DNA from: an uncultured bacterium
GTDB taxonomy: Bacteria > Zhuqueibacterota > QNDG01 > DTFT01
NCBI GenBank assembly: GCA_963736115.1
Contig: CAVTNR010000012.1
Span: 352,001 to 416,000 of the forward strand
Reading direction: 5' to 3'
Length of the DNA: 64,000 bases
The position numbers and the translations under genes were made by a program. Below, piece by piece: positions 56,622-64,000 of this stretch (position 1 is the first letter of the stretch; each line of letters opens with the position of its first letter). Below the pieces are notes generated by a model, which saw only the letters and a list, made by a program, of their open reading frames with translations, did not search any database and was not told the origin of the DNA.

Positions 56622-58066
56622 CGCGCCTCCCCGAGCGGCCCGTCGAAATGGATTTTCTCGACGGGGTCGTCGTAGGGGACGGGGTAGTTCCCGTCGAAAC
56701 AGGCCGTGCAGTAATCGCCCTTTTCGCCCGGCACCGAGGCCAGCATGCCCTCCCTGGAAAGGTAGCCCAGGGAATCGACATGAAGGAATTCCCGAATCTC
56801 CTCCACGGACCGGTTCGATGCGATCAGCTCCTCACGTGTCGGAAAATCCATGCCGTAGTAGCAGGGATGGAGGATGGGCGGAGAACTGACGCGGATGTGC
56901 ACTTCGGTCGCGCCCGCCTTGCGGATGAACTGGGTCAGGGTTCTCAGCGTCGTGCCCCGGACGATGGAATCCTCGACGACCACGACCCGGCGTCCCTTCA
57001 GGACGCCCTCGACGGGGTTGAATTTCACCTTCACCCCGAAATTGCGGATCGACTGCTGGGGCTGGATGAAGGTGCGGCCGATGTAGTGGTTCCGGATCAG
57101 GCCGAGCTCGAACTTGAGTCCGCTCCGGCGGGCGAAACCCAGGGCCGCCGTGTTGCTGGAGTCGGGCACGGAAATGACGATGTCCGCGTCCACGGGATGC
57201 TCCTCCACAAGGCGCTTGCCGAACTTGCGGCGGGTTTTATCAACGCATTCGCCGAAGATGCGGCTGTCCGGCCGGCTGAAATAGATGAACTCGAAAATGC
57301 AGCAGCTTCTGCGTCCGGTCCCTTCAAGCTTCTCCGATCGCATGCCGTACTCGTCAAAGACGATCATCTCACCCGGCTCCACGTCGCGCACGTATTCCGC
57401 GCCGATGAGATCGAAGGCGCACGTCTCGGATGCCACGGCCCAGGCGCCGCCCTCCAAACGGCCGAGCGCCAGGGGCCGGAACCCGCTCGGATCGCGGGCG
57501 GCGATGAGGCACTCACGCGAAAGCAATACCAGGGAATACGCCCCGCGTACGGCGTTCAGCGCCTCCTTCACGCGGTCCGTGAAACGGCCGCATCGGGAGC
57601 GGGCGATGAGATGCAGGATGATTTCGCTGTCCGTGGACGTCTGGAAAATCGCGCCCTCGGACTGAAGCCGCTCGCGGAGGCTCCGGTAATTGACCAGATT
57701 GCCGTTGTGCCCGAGCGCGAGCGGGCCTTCCTTGGAATTGACCACAATGGGCTGGATGTTGATCAGCTGGTCGGAGCCGGTCGTCGAGTAGCGGTTGTGG
57801 CCGATGGCCTGGCCGCCCTTGAGGGTTCGGAGTATCTCCGGCGCGTGGAACACGTCGTTGACGAGCCCCTGACCGAGGTGCTTGTACAGCCGGATGCCGT
57901 CCGAAGAGACGATGCCGCAGCCCTCCTGCCCGCGGTGCTGCAGCGCGTACAGGGACAGGTAAGCCATTTCGGCCGCTTCGGGGTGGCCGTGAACGCCGAT
58001 GACGCCGCAGAATTCCCTGGGTTCATCCGGCGCGGATTGGGGGGTCATGCCGTCAGCCTTCCTCAT
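56618..58066 (-). CDS. purF: Amidophosphoribosyltransferase
   Basis: Propeptide + CGV; LQHRGQE, HNRYSTTG, HNGNL, VEDSIVRGTT, CYYGMD. Confidence 0.96.
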   Translation of the reverse strand: MRKADGMTPQSAPDEPREFCGVIGVHGHPEAAEMAYLSLYALQHRGQEGCGIVSSDGIRLYKHLGQGLVNDVFHAPEILRTLKGGQAIGHNRYSTTGSDQLINIQPIVVNSKEGPLALGHNGNLVNYRSLRERLQSEGAIFQTSTDSEIILHLIARSRCGRFTDRVKEALNAVRGAYSLVLLSRECLIAARDPSGFRPLALGRLEGGAWAVASETCAFDLIGAEYVRDVEPGEMIVFDEYGMRSEKLEGTGRRSCCIFEFIYFSRPDSRIFGECVDKTRRKFGKRLVEEHPVDADIVISVPDSSNTAALGFARRSGLKFELGLIRNHYIGRTFIQPQQSIRNFGVKVKFNPVEGVLKGRRVVVVEDSIVRGTTLRTLTQFIRKAGATEVHIRVSSPPILHPCYYGMDFPTREELIASNRSVEEIREFLHVDSLGYLSREGMLASVPGEKGDYCTACFDGNYPVPYDDPVEKIHFDGPLGEAR

Positions 58067-59112
58067 GTGATCACGATGGGATTGGAATAGATCCAGCCCC
58101 GGTTCTTGCGGAAAATTTCAATCCGGTAGACGCCGGATTCAGAGGCGCGCAGCCGGACGCTCCGGCCGTACTCCTCTCGCGCGACCCGGCCGTCCCGCAG
58201 GAGCCGCATGCGGCCCGGCAGAGGCGCCTCGGCACGGAACAGGACGTTTCCCGAGCGCGCCAGGCGGCTGCCCATCGGGTGCCGCTTTCCGGCCCGTTCG
58301 GCCCAGAACCGGAATCCGCGGCCGTCGCCGAGGGAATGATTGACGATAAACGCCCGGCCGGCGCCCAGCGACTCGAATACGGCCGCTTCAGCCTCGGCCG
58401 GAGTCGGCACATCGGCCGGCCGCAAAGGCTTGGCGGTCAGAATGTGCATCCGGATGGACTTGAACTGGACCTTGTATGGATACAGGGCGACCGGGAACAG
58501 ACCCAGGACCTTGTACTCGAATGCGTGCACATCGATGCCGCCCAGGCCCACAACCCGTCGCTTCCGGTTCAGCCGGTCCCAACGGTCCAACGTGGTCCAG
58601 ACCGGGAAGCGGATGGACCGCAGAGGATGCCAGATCCGCCAGATGAAATTACGGCGCGTCACGCCCTCGAGCCATTCGGACATCTGGTTCCAGATTTCGA
58701 TGCCGTCGAATCCGTCGACATCCCAGTCGGTCCAGGGATACGGCGGATAGGCGTCGGAGAAACTGCGCTTTTCCGCCGGGTGGGCGATCACCCCGAATCC
58801 GCCCTGGCGGGAGACACGCCGGACGTTCTGCCGGGCCGTCAGCCCGGCCGGTATTTCCCTGCGGATCCGGAAAGCCAGGTAATGGTTCCGGTCGTTCTCG
58901 TCATTGAGCTCGCACCCGGCGAGAACCAGCGTCCGGCCGTGCCAGCCCTCGAGCCCGAGCCGCCTGGGCGCGAGCGTGTTGTGGTCCGTGAACAGCAGGA
59001 AATCGAGCCCCATGTCCCCGGCGATGGCCGCGATCTCGGGAATGGGCAAAGCGCCGTCTGAAAAGTCGCTGTGCAGATGGACCGCTCCGGCAGCCTCATG
59101 CCAGTCATGCAT
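58063..59112 (-). CDS. PHP-domain metallohydrolase
   Basis: HLHSDFSDG, TDHN, AHP, GIEIWN, GGIDVH, WIYSNPI. Confidence 0.85.
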   Translation of the reverse strand: MHDWHEAAGAVHLHSDFSDGALPIPEIAAIAGDMGLDFLLFTDHNTLAPRRLGLEGWHGRTLVLAGCELNDENDRNHYLAFRIRREIPAGLTARQNVRRVSRQGGFGVIAHPAEKRSFSDAYPPYPWTDWDVDGFDGIEIWNQMSEWLEGVTRRNFIWRIWHPLRSIRFPVWTTLDRWDRLNRKRRVVGLGGIDVHAFEYKVLGLFPVALYPYKVQFKSIRMHILTAKPLRPADVPTPAEAEAAVFESLGAGRAFIVNHSLGDGRGFRFWAERAGKRHPMGSRLARSGNVLFRAEAPLPGRMRLLRDGRVAREEYGRSVRLRASESGVYRIEIFRKNRGWIYSNPIVIT

Positions 59113-59117
59113 CCGCT

Positions 59118-59519
59118 TCACCACCATGAAAGGAGCAGGGCGCCGCATCCGGCGCCCAGCAGGTTGGCGGCCATGTCCTTCCAGCTGGCATGGCCCCGTC
59201 CCGTGCCGCGGTCGAGAATTTCCTTGAGCCCGCCCACCGACACCGTGAAGGCGACGCCCGCGGCGAGGCTCCGGTTCCGGCTTTCATGGCCTTGAACGTT
59301 CATCGTCCGGCTGACCGCGCCGGTGAGGAGGAAGGACGCAGTGAAGTGACGGGCTTTGTCCGTGCCGAACCAGGAATCGCCGCCGCGGACGATGACGCAG
59401 GAATCCGCGGCTGTGGCCCGCGCTTCACCGGCCGCGGCCGTCCCGGACGGAACCGCAAGCGCGGCCGCGATCAGGACGCAGGCCGCAACGGCCGGTCTAG
59501 AGGCCCAGTTCGGCTTCAA
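59118..59519 (-). CDS. YfiM/DUF2279-like membrane protein (start uncertain)
   Basis: DSWFGTDKARHF, G.LKE..D, SWKD..AN..G. Confidence 0.7.
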   Translation of the reverse strand: MKPNWASRPAVAACVLIAAALAVPSGTAAAGEARATAADSCVIVRGGDSWFGTDKARHFTASFLLTGAVSRTMNVQGHESRNRSLAAGVAFTVSVGGLKEILDRGTGRGHASWKDMAANLLGAGCGALLLSWW

Positions 59520-60042
59520 TGGACTGCATCCCTTCGAGCGAGAGGCCGATGAAATCGCGGAGCGGCAGCCCCATTCCCTCGCAGGACCGGATCTGTTCAC
59601 GGTTGGCGCCCGCGGCGAAACGCTTTTCATCGAAACGCCTCTCGATGAATTCCACGTTCACGTTGCGGATCTTTTTCGTCGGGTGCATGAGAGCCGCGGC
59701 CACGATGAGTCCCGTGACCGGATCCGCCGCGTACAACGCCTGGTCGAGCCGGGATTTCCGCGGAAAATGGCCGGGATGGCTCTTGATGGCGTACACGACC
59801 GGCTCGGGCACGTCTTTTCCCTCGAGCATCTTTTCCGTCACGATGCCGTGCTTCGGAAAATCGTTCGCGGTCCGGTCATAGTCGAGGTCATGCAGAAGAC
59901 CGGACAGGCCCCACAGTTCCTCGTCCTCGCCGAAATGCCTTGCCAGCCGGCGCATGACAGCCTCGGCCGCCAGCATGTGCTTGATCAGGTTCTTGTTGGA
60001 GACGTTTTTTTGGACGAGATCCAGAGCCTCTTCGCGGGTCAT
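59497..60042 (-). CDS. HDIG/HD-domain phosphohydrolase
   Basis: MTREEAL, KHMLA, GLLHDLDY, AIKSH, AADP.TG, FAAGANR. Confidence 0.9.
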   Translation of the reverse strand: MTREEALDLVQKNVSNKNLIKHMLAAEAVMRRLARHFGEDEELWGLSGLLHDLDYDRTANDFPKHGIVTEKMLEGKDVPEPVVYAIKSHPGHFPRKSRLDQALYAADPVTGLIVAAALMHPTKKIRNVNVEFIERRFDEKRFAAGANREQIRSCEGMGLPLRDFIGLSLEGMQSIEAELGL

Positions 60043-60150
60043 ATCCCTTGTCCTATTCTGATGATCGTTGTCTTTTATGACGCAGCCTTGCAACGCAACA
60101 GCAGAAGCCTCCGGCCCGAGGAAAGCCGGTGAACGCGTTCGTTTTCAGTT

Positions 60151-60801
60151 TCAGAAAGAGACGCTCAGCCGGACACCCATCACCCCGCCTCCGAATGCAC
60201 CCCACCCCGGCTCCGGGCCCGTGTCGAAATGCCAGAGATGGGCGTCCACGTATGCGTCGGCAAGCGTCAGGCCGTAGAGGCCCGCAACCCACCACCAGGT
60301 CAGGTTCCGGCTGTTTTCGTAGAAGGCGCGCTCGTCATCCGTGACCGAATCCGCCGCGCGGCGGTTCTGGATGATGATGTTCGCCGCGAGTCCGGCCGCG
60401 CCCGCGGCCACCAGGCCGGTCTTCCATTTGGCGCCGTTGTACCACTGGCCCCATCCGGGCAGAACCGCGGACCGGATCAGGGCGCCCCTCGGAGATTTTG
60501 TTTCGGTTTTCTGCGGAACGGTCCGGGCGGTGAGCCCGGCGCTGTCCGGTCCGACGCTTTCACGTCCGGCCGTGTCCGGCCTGACGCTTTGACGTCCGAC
60601 GCTGTCCGGCGCGGCCTCACCCGAAGGAGCAGCGATGACAGCCGCGGTCTTGGATGAATCCGGGCCGGTACCCGTTGTGTCCGCGGGCCGGGCGGACCCC
60701 CAGGCGCGTCCGGCGGAAACGGCCGTTAACGCCGCGACCAGGACTGCCCGCCGGAGCCGCGGCCCCGGACGGTCAGGACGGAATTTCAGCCACGCACTCA
60801 A
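60151..60801 (-). CDS. DUF5683-like exported/membrane protein (start uncertain)
   Basis: KSPRGALIRSAVLPGWGQWYN...DAYVDAHL..FD; terminal Phe. Confidence 0.7.
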   Translation of the reverse strand: MSAWLKFRPDRPGPRLRRAVLVAALTAVSAGRAWGSARPADTTGTGPDSSKTAAVIAAPSGEAAPDSVGRQSVRPDTAGRESVGPDSAGLTARTVPQKTETKSPRGALIRSAVLPGWGQWYNGAKWKTGLVAAGAAGLAANIIIQNRRAADSVTDDERAFYENSRNLTWWWVAGLYGLTLADAYVDAHLWHFDTGPEPGWGAFGGGVMGVRLSVSF

Positions 60802-61165
60802 TTTCAACCAGCGCGTCTTTCGGCAGGCGGCGCACTTCAACCGTGGACCGGGCGGGCGCGGGCGCGGAAAAGAAGGACCCGTACACGGCGTTCATCTCAG
60901 TAAAGTCGTTCATGTCCGCGAGAAAAACCGTGGTCTTCAGCACGCGGTCGAGCCCGCTGCCGGCGGATTCCAGAACCGCCCGGAGATTCTCGACCGCCCT
61001 GCGGGTCTGCGCTTCTATTCCGCCGTCCACGAGCGCCCCGGTTCCGGGATCGATGCCGAGTTGACCGGCCGTAAACACCAGGTTCGCGCCGGACGCAATC
61101 ACCGCCTGGCTGTAAGGGCCGATGGCCTTCGGGGCCGCATCCGACCGGACTTCCCTGCGGGTCAT
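60773..61165 (-). CDS. ridA: RidA family imine deaminase
   Basis: APKAIGPYSQA, KTTVFL, PARSTVEV..LPK..LVEIE. Confidence 0.95.
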   Translation of the reverse strand: MTRREVRSDAAPKAIGPYSQAVIASGANLVFTAGQLGIDPGTGALVDGGIEAQTRRAVENLRAVLESAGSGLDRVLKTTVFLADMNDFTEMNAVYGSFFSAPAPARSTVEVRRLPKDALVEIECVAEIPS

Positions 61166-61362
61166 CAGTCGCCTCCCTTTTTCCTGCCGTCATCGATGTC
61201 CTCGAAGCGCGCGTCCTGCACGTCCGACCGGCTCAGATCCAGGGGTTCGTTTTTGGGCCGTCCCTTGACCCGGGGGTCCTCTTTTTCAGGCCGCCGGGTC
61301 ATGACCTGCACGGTCTTGATCCCGAAATAAATCAGGAGCATCCAGAATATCAGTCGAAGCAT
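61165..61362 (-). CDS. Small single-TM hypothetical protein
   Basis: 65 aa, hydrophobic N-terminus, DARFEDI tail; fills the operon gap and overlaps the ridA start. Confidence 0.75.
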   Translation of the reverse strand: MLRLIFWMLLIYFGIKTVQVMTRRPEKEDPRVKGRPKNEPLDLSRSDVQDARFEDIDDGRKKGGD

Positions 61363-61371
61363 CGGCGTCTC

Positions 61372-62004
61372 TCAGGATTTGCGTGGCACGTAGTACTTGA
61401 CCCCGACCGGCGGATTCTCGATCTGCCGGATCAGGTCCTCGAGGTCCTCGGTGTTCCGCACAAAATCGATTTCCGACGTGTTGACCACCAGAAGGGGCGT
61501 CTCCCGGTAGTGGAAAAAATACGTGTTGTAGGCCTCGTTGAGCTGGCGGATGTAGTCCGACGAAATGTTGCGCTCGTATTTCCGGTTCCGCTGGCGGATA
61601 TGTTCGATGAGCCGCTCGGTGCTGGACTGGAGGTAGATGGCCAGGTCGGGCTTCGGCAGTTCCCTCTCCATGAGGGTCGCGACCTTCTCGTACAGGATCA
61701 GGTCGCGCCGCTCGAGGTTCAGATAGGCGAAGATCTTGTCCTTGGCGAAAAGATAGTCCGCGATGAGGTGGCTGTGGAACAGGTCCTGCTGGGGAATGCC
61801 GAGCAGTTGGCGGTACCGGGTGATCAGGAAAAAGAGCTGAAGCTGAAAAGCGAACCGCTGGGGGTCCCGGTAGAAATCCTCGAGATAGGGATTCTCCTCG
61901 GAGGCCTCGAACACCAGGTTGGCGTTCATCCGCTCCGCGAGCAGACGGGCCAGGCTGGTCTTGCCCGCTCCGATGACTCCCTCAATCGCGATGTAATAGG
62001 GCAT
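61372..62004 (-). CDS. Deoxynucleoside kinase
   Basis: IAIEGVIGAGKTSL, NPYL..FY, Q..FL..R, PDL.IYL. Confidence 0.93.
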   Translation of the reverse strand: MPYYIAIEGVIGAGKTSLARLLAERMNANLVFEASEENPYLEDFYRDPQRFAFQLQLFFLITRYRQLLGIPQQDLFHSHLIADYLFAKDKIFAYLNLERRDLILYEKVATLMERELPKPDLAIYLQSSTERLIEHIRQRNRKYERNISSDYIRQLNEAYNTYFFHYRETPLLVVNTSEIDFVRNTEDLEDLIRQIENPPVGVKYYVPRKS

Positions 62005-62022
62005 GCCGTTTTCCTCCAGAAC

Positions 62023-62523
62023 TCATCCGTCCCGGATGACCCGCCGGACGGTCCCGCTGTCCCCGCAGGTTTTTAGCATCTCCGCAATCGTGCGTCCGCT
62101 CTCCGGATCGGTAAAGCCGGAGGCGATCTCCGCGAGAGGCTCCAGCACGAAACGGCGGCCGGCCGCGGCCGGATGCGGGAGCCGCAGGTTTTCCTCTTTG
62201 ATCACAGTCGAGCCGAAGTACAGGATGTCGATGTCGATGGTGCGCGGGCCCCACCGGTTCTTCCGTCTGCGGCCGAGCCGGTTTTCAATGGCGTGGCAGG
62301 CCTCCAGCAGGCCGGCCGGACTCAGGCCCGTCCGGATTTCCGCGACCTGGTTCAGAAAATCCCTCTGGCCGCTCAGACCCCACGGTTCCGTCTCATATAC
62401 GGAAGAAAGACGGACCACTTCTGTGTCCGGAAGTTTCGCGATCAGTTCCGCGGCTTGTTCCAGAAGGCTGGACCGGTCGCCCAGATTGGAGCCCATGCCC
62501 AGAAAAACGCGGGCTGACGTCAT
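62023..62523 (-). CDS. folK: 6-hydroxymethyl-7,8-dihydropterin pyrophosphokinase
   Basis: GSNLGDR, YETEPWG, FLN, WGPRTIDIDIL, LPHP....RRFVL.PL.EI; ATG 62523. Confidence 0.96.
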   Translation of the reverse strand: MTSARVFLGMGSNLGDRSSLLEQAAELIAKLPDTEVVRLSSVYETEPWGLSGQRDFLNQVAEIRTGLSPAGLLEACHAIENRLGRRRKNRWGPRTIDIDILYFGSTVIKEENLRLPHPAAAGRRFVLEPLAEIASGFTDPESGRTIAEMLKTCGDSGTVRRVIRDG

Positions 62524-62546
62524 GCTTGCACTGTGATTAATTCCAA

Positions 62547-62705
62547 ATGAAGGACCCCGCCGCAAGCAGCGGAGTATCACAGGAAACTTGGATGATGGAC
62601 GCCGCAAGCGGCGGGGAATTCGACCCGTCGGAGCGGCCAGAAGCCCAATCTCCGATCATCCAGGAAAATTGGAAACATAATGACGTGGCTTCTGGCCGCC
62701 CGATT
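62547..62705. repeat. 159-bp structured repeat, copy 2 (folK leader)
   Basis: ~91% identical to 49019..49177, same orientation. Confidence 0.95.
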
Positions 62706-62713
62706 AATCCAAA

Positions 62714-62742
62714 AATTTATTAAAAATTGTTGAGATTGTCAA
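62714..62742 (-). promoter_or_regulatory. sigma70-type promoter of the folK operon
   Basis: TTGACA (62742-62737)-N17-TAAATT (62719-62714); predicted +1 near 62707. Confidence 0.75.
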
Positions 62743-62763
62743 TCGGAAACTCCCTGAAAGCGC

Positions 62764-62797
62764 TTGCTTTTCCATCCCCTGTCCCTTACTTTATACT
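62764..62797 (+). promoter_or_regulatory. Putative promoter for the DUF72 gene
   Basis: TTGCTT-N17-TACTTT with overlapping TATACT just before ATG 62801; no SD sequence. Confidence 0.45.
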
Positions 62798-62800
62798 ATC

Positions 62801-63676
62801 ATGACGAACGTTCAGGATCCCGTGATCAGGGTTGGGCCCGCAGGCTGGAATTATCCGGACTGGTACGGCGTGTTCTATCCCGAAAAGAAGGATAAGTCAT
62901 TCAAAGAACTGGACTTCCTTGCTGATTTTTTCGACATGGCTGAGATCAATTCCACCTTTTACCGGCCTGCCAATGCATTCATGGGCCGGAATTGGGTCAT
63001 GAAAACAGCCAAAAATCCGGATTTCAAATTCACTGCCAAGCTTTGGAGCCGTTTCACTCACGAGAGGCGGGATTTCGGTTCCGATGAAGTGCGGCTTTTC
63101 ACCGCAGGCATAGACCCGCTTTTCCAGGCCGGAAAGCTGGGTGCCCTGCTCTGCCAGTTTCCCTGGAGTTTCCGGAACGACGAACCGAACCGGAAATGGC
63201 TGGACCGCGTACTGGACGCTTTCGGCGCCTACCCGCTGGTTGTGGAAGTCCGTCATTCCGGCTGGGACAAACCTGAGATCGGGGAATGGCTGGACAAACG
63301 GGGCGCGGGACTCGCGGCCATTGATCAGCCCGTGATCGGCCAATCCATCCCGTTCAAACCCGTGCGCACGGGCGCGATCGGATATGTCCGCATGCACGGC
63401 CGCAATACCGCGGCCTGGTTCGCCAAACCCTCGGGACCCGCGGCAAAAGAGAATCCCTCTGCCCGTTACGATTACCTCTACAGCGCGGCCGAAGTCGAGC
63501 AGATCACGGCCACGGTTAAAGCCGTGGCCGAAGGGACGAAGGAGACCTACGTCGTCCAGAACAACCATCCCCGGGGCCAGGCGGTCGCCAATGCCATACA
63601 GGTCCGCCGTTCGCTCGGTCAGGCCATCCGCAACCTGCCGGATTCAATGTTTCTGCAGTATCCGTTTCTGCGGTGA
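62801..63676 (+). CDS. DUF72 (YecE-like) family protein
   Basis: G.AGWNY..W.G.FYP, EINSTFY, FTH, QFPWSF, EVRH..W, YVRMHGRN, RYDYLYS, NNH. Confidence 0.93.
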   Translation: MTNVQDPVIRVGPAGWNYPDWYGVFYPEKKDKSFKELDFLADFFDMAEINSTFYRPANAFMGRNWVMKTAKNPDFKFTAKLWSRFTHERRDFGSDEVRLFTAGIDPLFQAGKLGALLCQFPWSFRNDEPNRKWLDRVLDAFGAYPLVVEVRHSGWDKPEIGEWLDKRGAGLAAIDQPVIGQSIPFKPVRTGAIGYVRMHGRNTAAWFAKPSGPAAKENPSARYDYLYSAAEVEQITATVKAVAEGTKETYVVQNNHPRGQAVANAIQVRRSLGQAIRNLPDSMFLQYPFLR

Positions 63677-63728
63677 TCCCGGGTGCAACATGTGCGACAT
63701 GTGATCGTAAAAAATGTAAGTCTCGAAG

Positions 63729-63848
63729 GTTCCGGGTTCCGGGTTTCGAGTTCCGGGTGAAAAAAAGCGATTGCTCGGGACGGAAGTTTCGGGCCCTTAT
63801 CAGTCGCCATCTGTTATAACTCGAAACGCGGAACTCGGAACTCGGAAC
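63729..63848. repeat. Inverted heptamer arrays (GTTCCGG-type / AACTCGG-type)
   Basis: GTTCCGGGTTCCGGGTTTCGAGTTCCGGGT (63729-63758) and AACTCGAAACGCGGAACTCGGAACTCGGAAC (63818-63848). Confidence 0.8.
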
Positions 63849-63889
63849 AAACATCCCCACAGTCAAGAACAGAGGATACTCCCAGAGCC

Positions 63890-64000
63890 ATGCCCCAGAG
63901 TCCCGCCTTCGTTAACCTCTTTAATGATTCCATCATGAAAACCGTCCGTCGGGCGGTCTCCGTCACGCGATGGAACCCGTCGCTGTTCGCGTTTTTCGTC
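63890..64000 (+). CDS. Possible start of an unidentified CDS running off the right edge
   Basis: ATG 63890, open for 37 codons (MPQSPAFVNLFNDSIMKTVRRAV...); AGAGGA upstream. Confidence 0.4.
   Translation, partial: MPQSPAFVNLFNDSIMKTVRRAVSVTRWNPSLFAFFV

Noticed and set aside
32245-63848. CRISPR array in the short repeat regions
   Set aside because: The repeats are 7-mers or palindromes without unique spacers, and no cas genes are present.
1-64000. tRNA/rRNA genes, transposases, integrases, prophage or defence genes
   Set aside because: None recognisable by eye; intergenic gaps are short and accounted for. A tRNAscan/Rfam run would be needed to exclude small RNAs.

Overview
GC-rich bacterial chromosomal window with almost all genes on the minus strand. 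C-terminal 'NYPNPFNP' FlgD-Ig tails, a GWxTD protein and a DUF5683-like protein suggest an FCB-superphylum lineage such as KSB1 (inference only). Bases 1-43.1 kb form a Wzx/Wzy-type polysaccharide locus running off the left edge: wza, wzc, an epimerase, a priming sugar transferase, ugd, wzx, many GT2/GT4 enzymes, a methyltransferase, two AsnB-family proteins and a PIG-L deacetylase. It also holds an ACP / acyl-AMP ligase / PLP decarboxylase / GNAT cassette and four large secreted paralogues (FG-GAP propeller + ASPIC/UnbV + dockerin-like + cohesin-like + FlgD-Ig; one has three dockerin-cohesin modules, one is doubly frameshifted). Bases 43.2-62.5 kb are mostly housekeeping: a STAS protein, glgA, cpoB, lgt, purH, purN, GWxTD, rimO, ftsY, a UbiA / ferredoxin / geranylgeranyl reductase / CDP-alcohol transferase cluster, purF, ridA, a deoxynucleoside kinase and folK, followed by a divergent DUF72 gene. 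Main leads: (i) a 159-nt structured element present twice, each time as the leader of a folate/purine gene (purH, folK); (ii) the cohesin-dockerin surface-protein array inside the capsule locus; (iii) an archaeal-like isoprenoid lipid gene set; (iv) a carrier-protein-based glycan tailoring cassette with a glutaminase-degenerate AsnB. All family calls are by motif recognition; no database searches were run.
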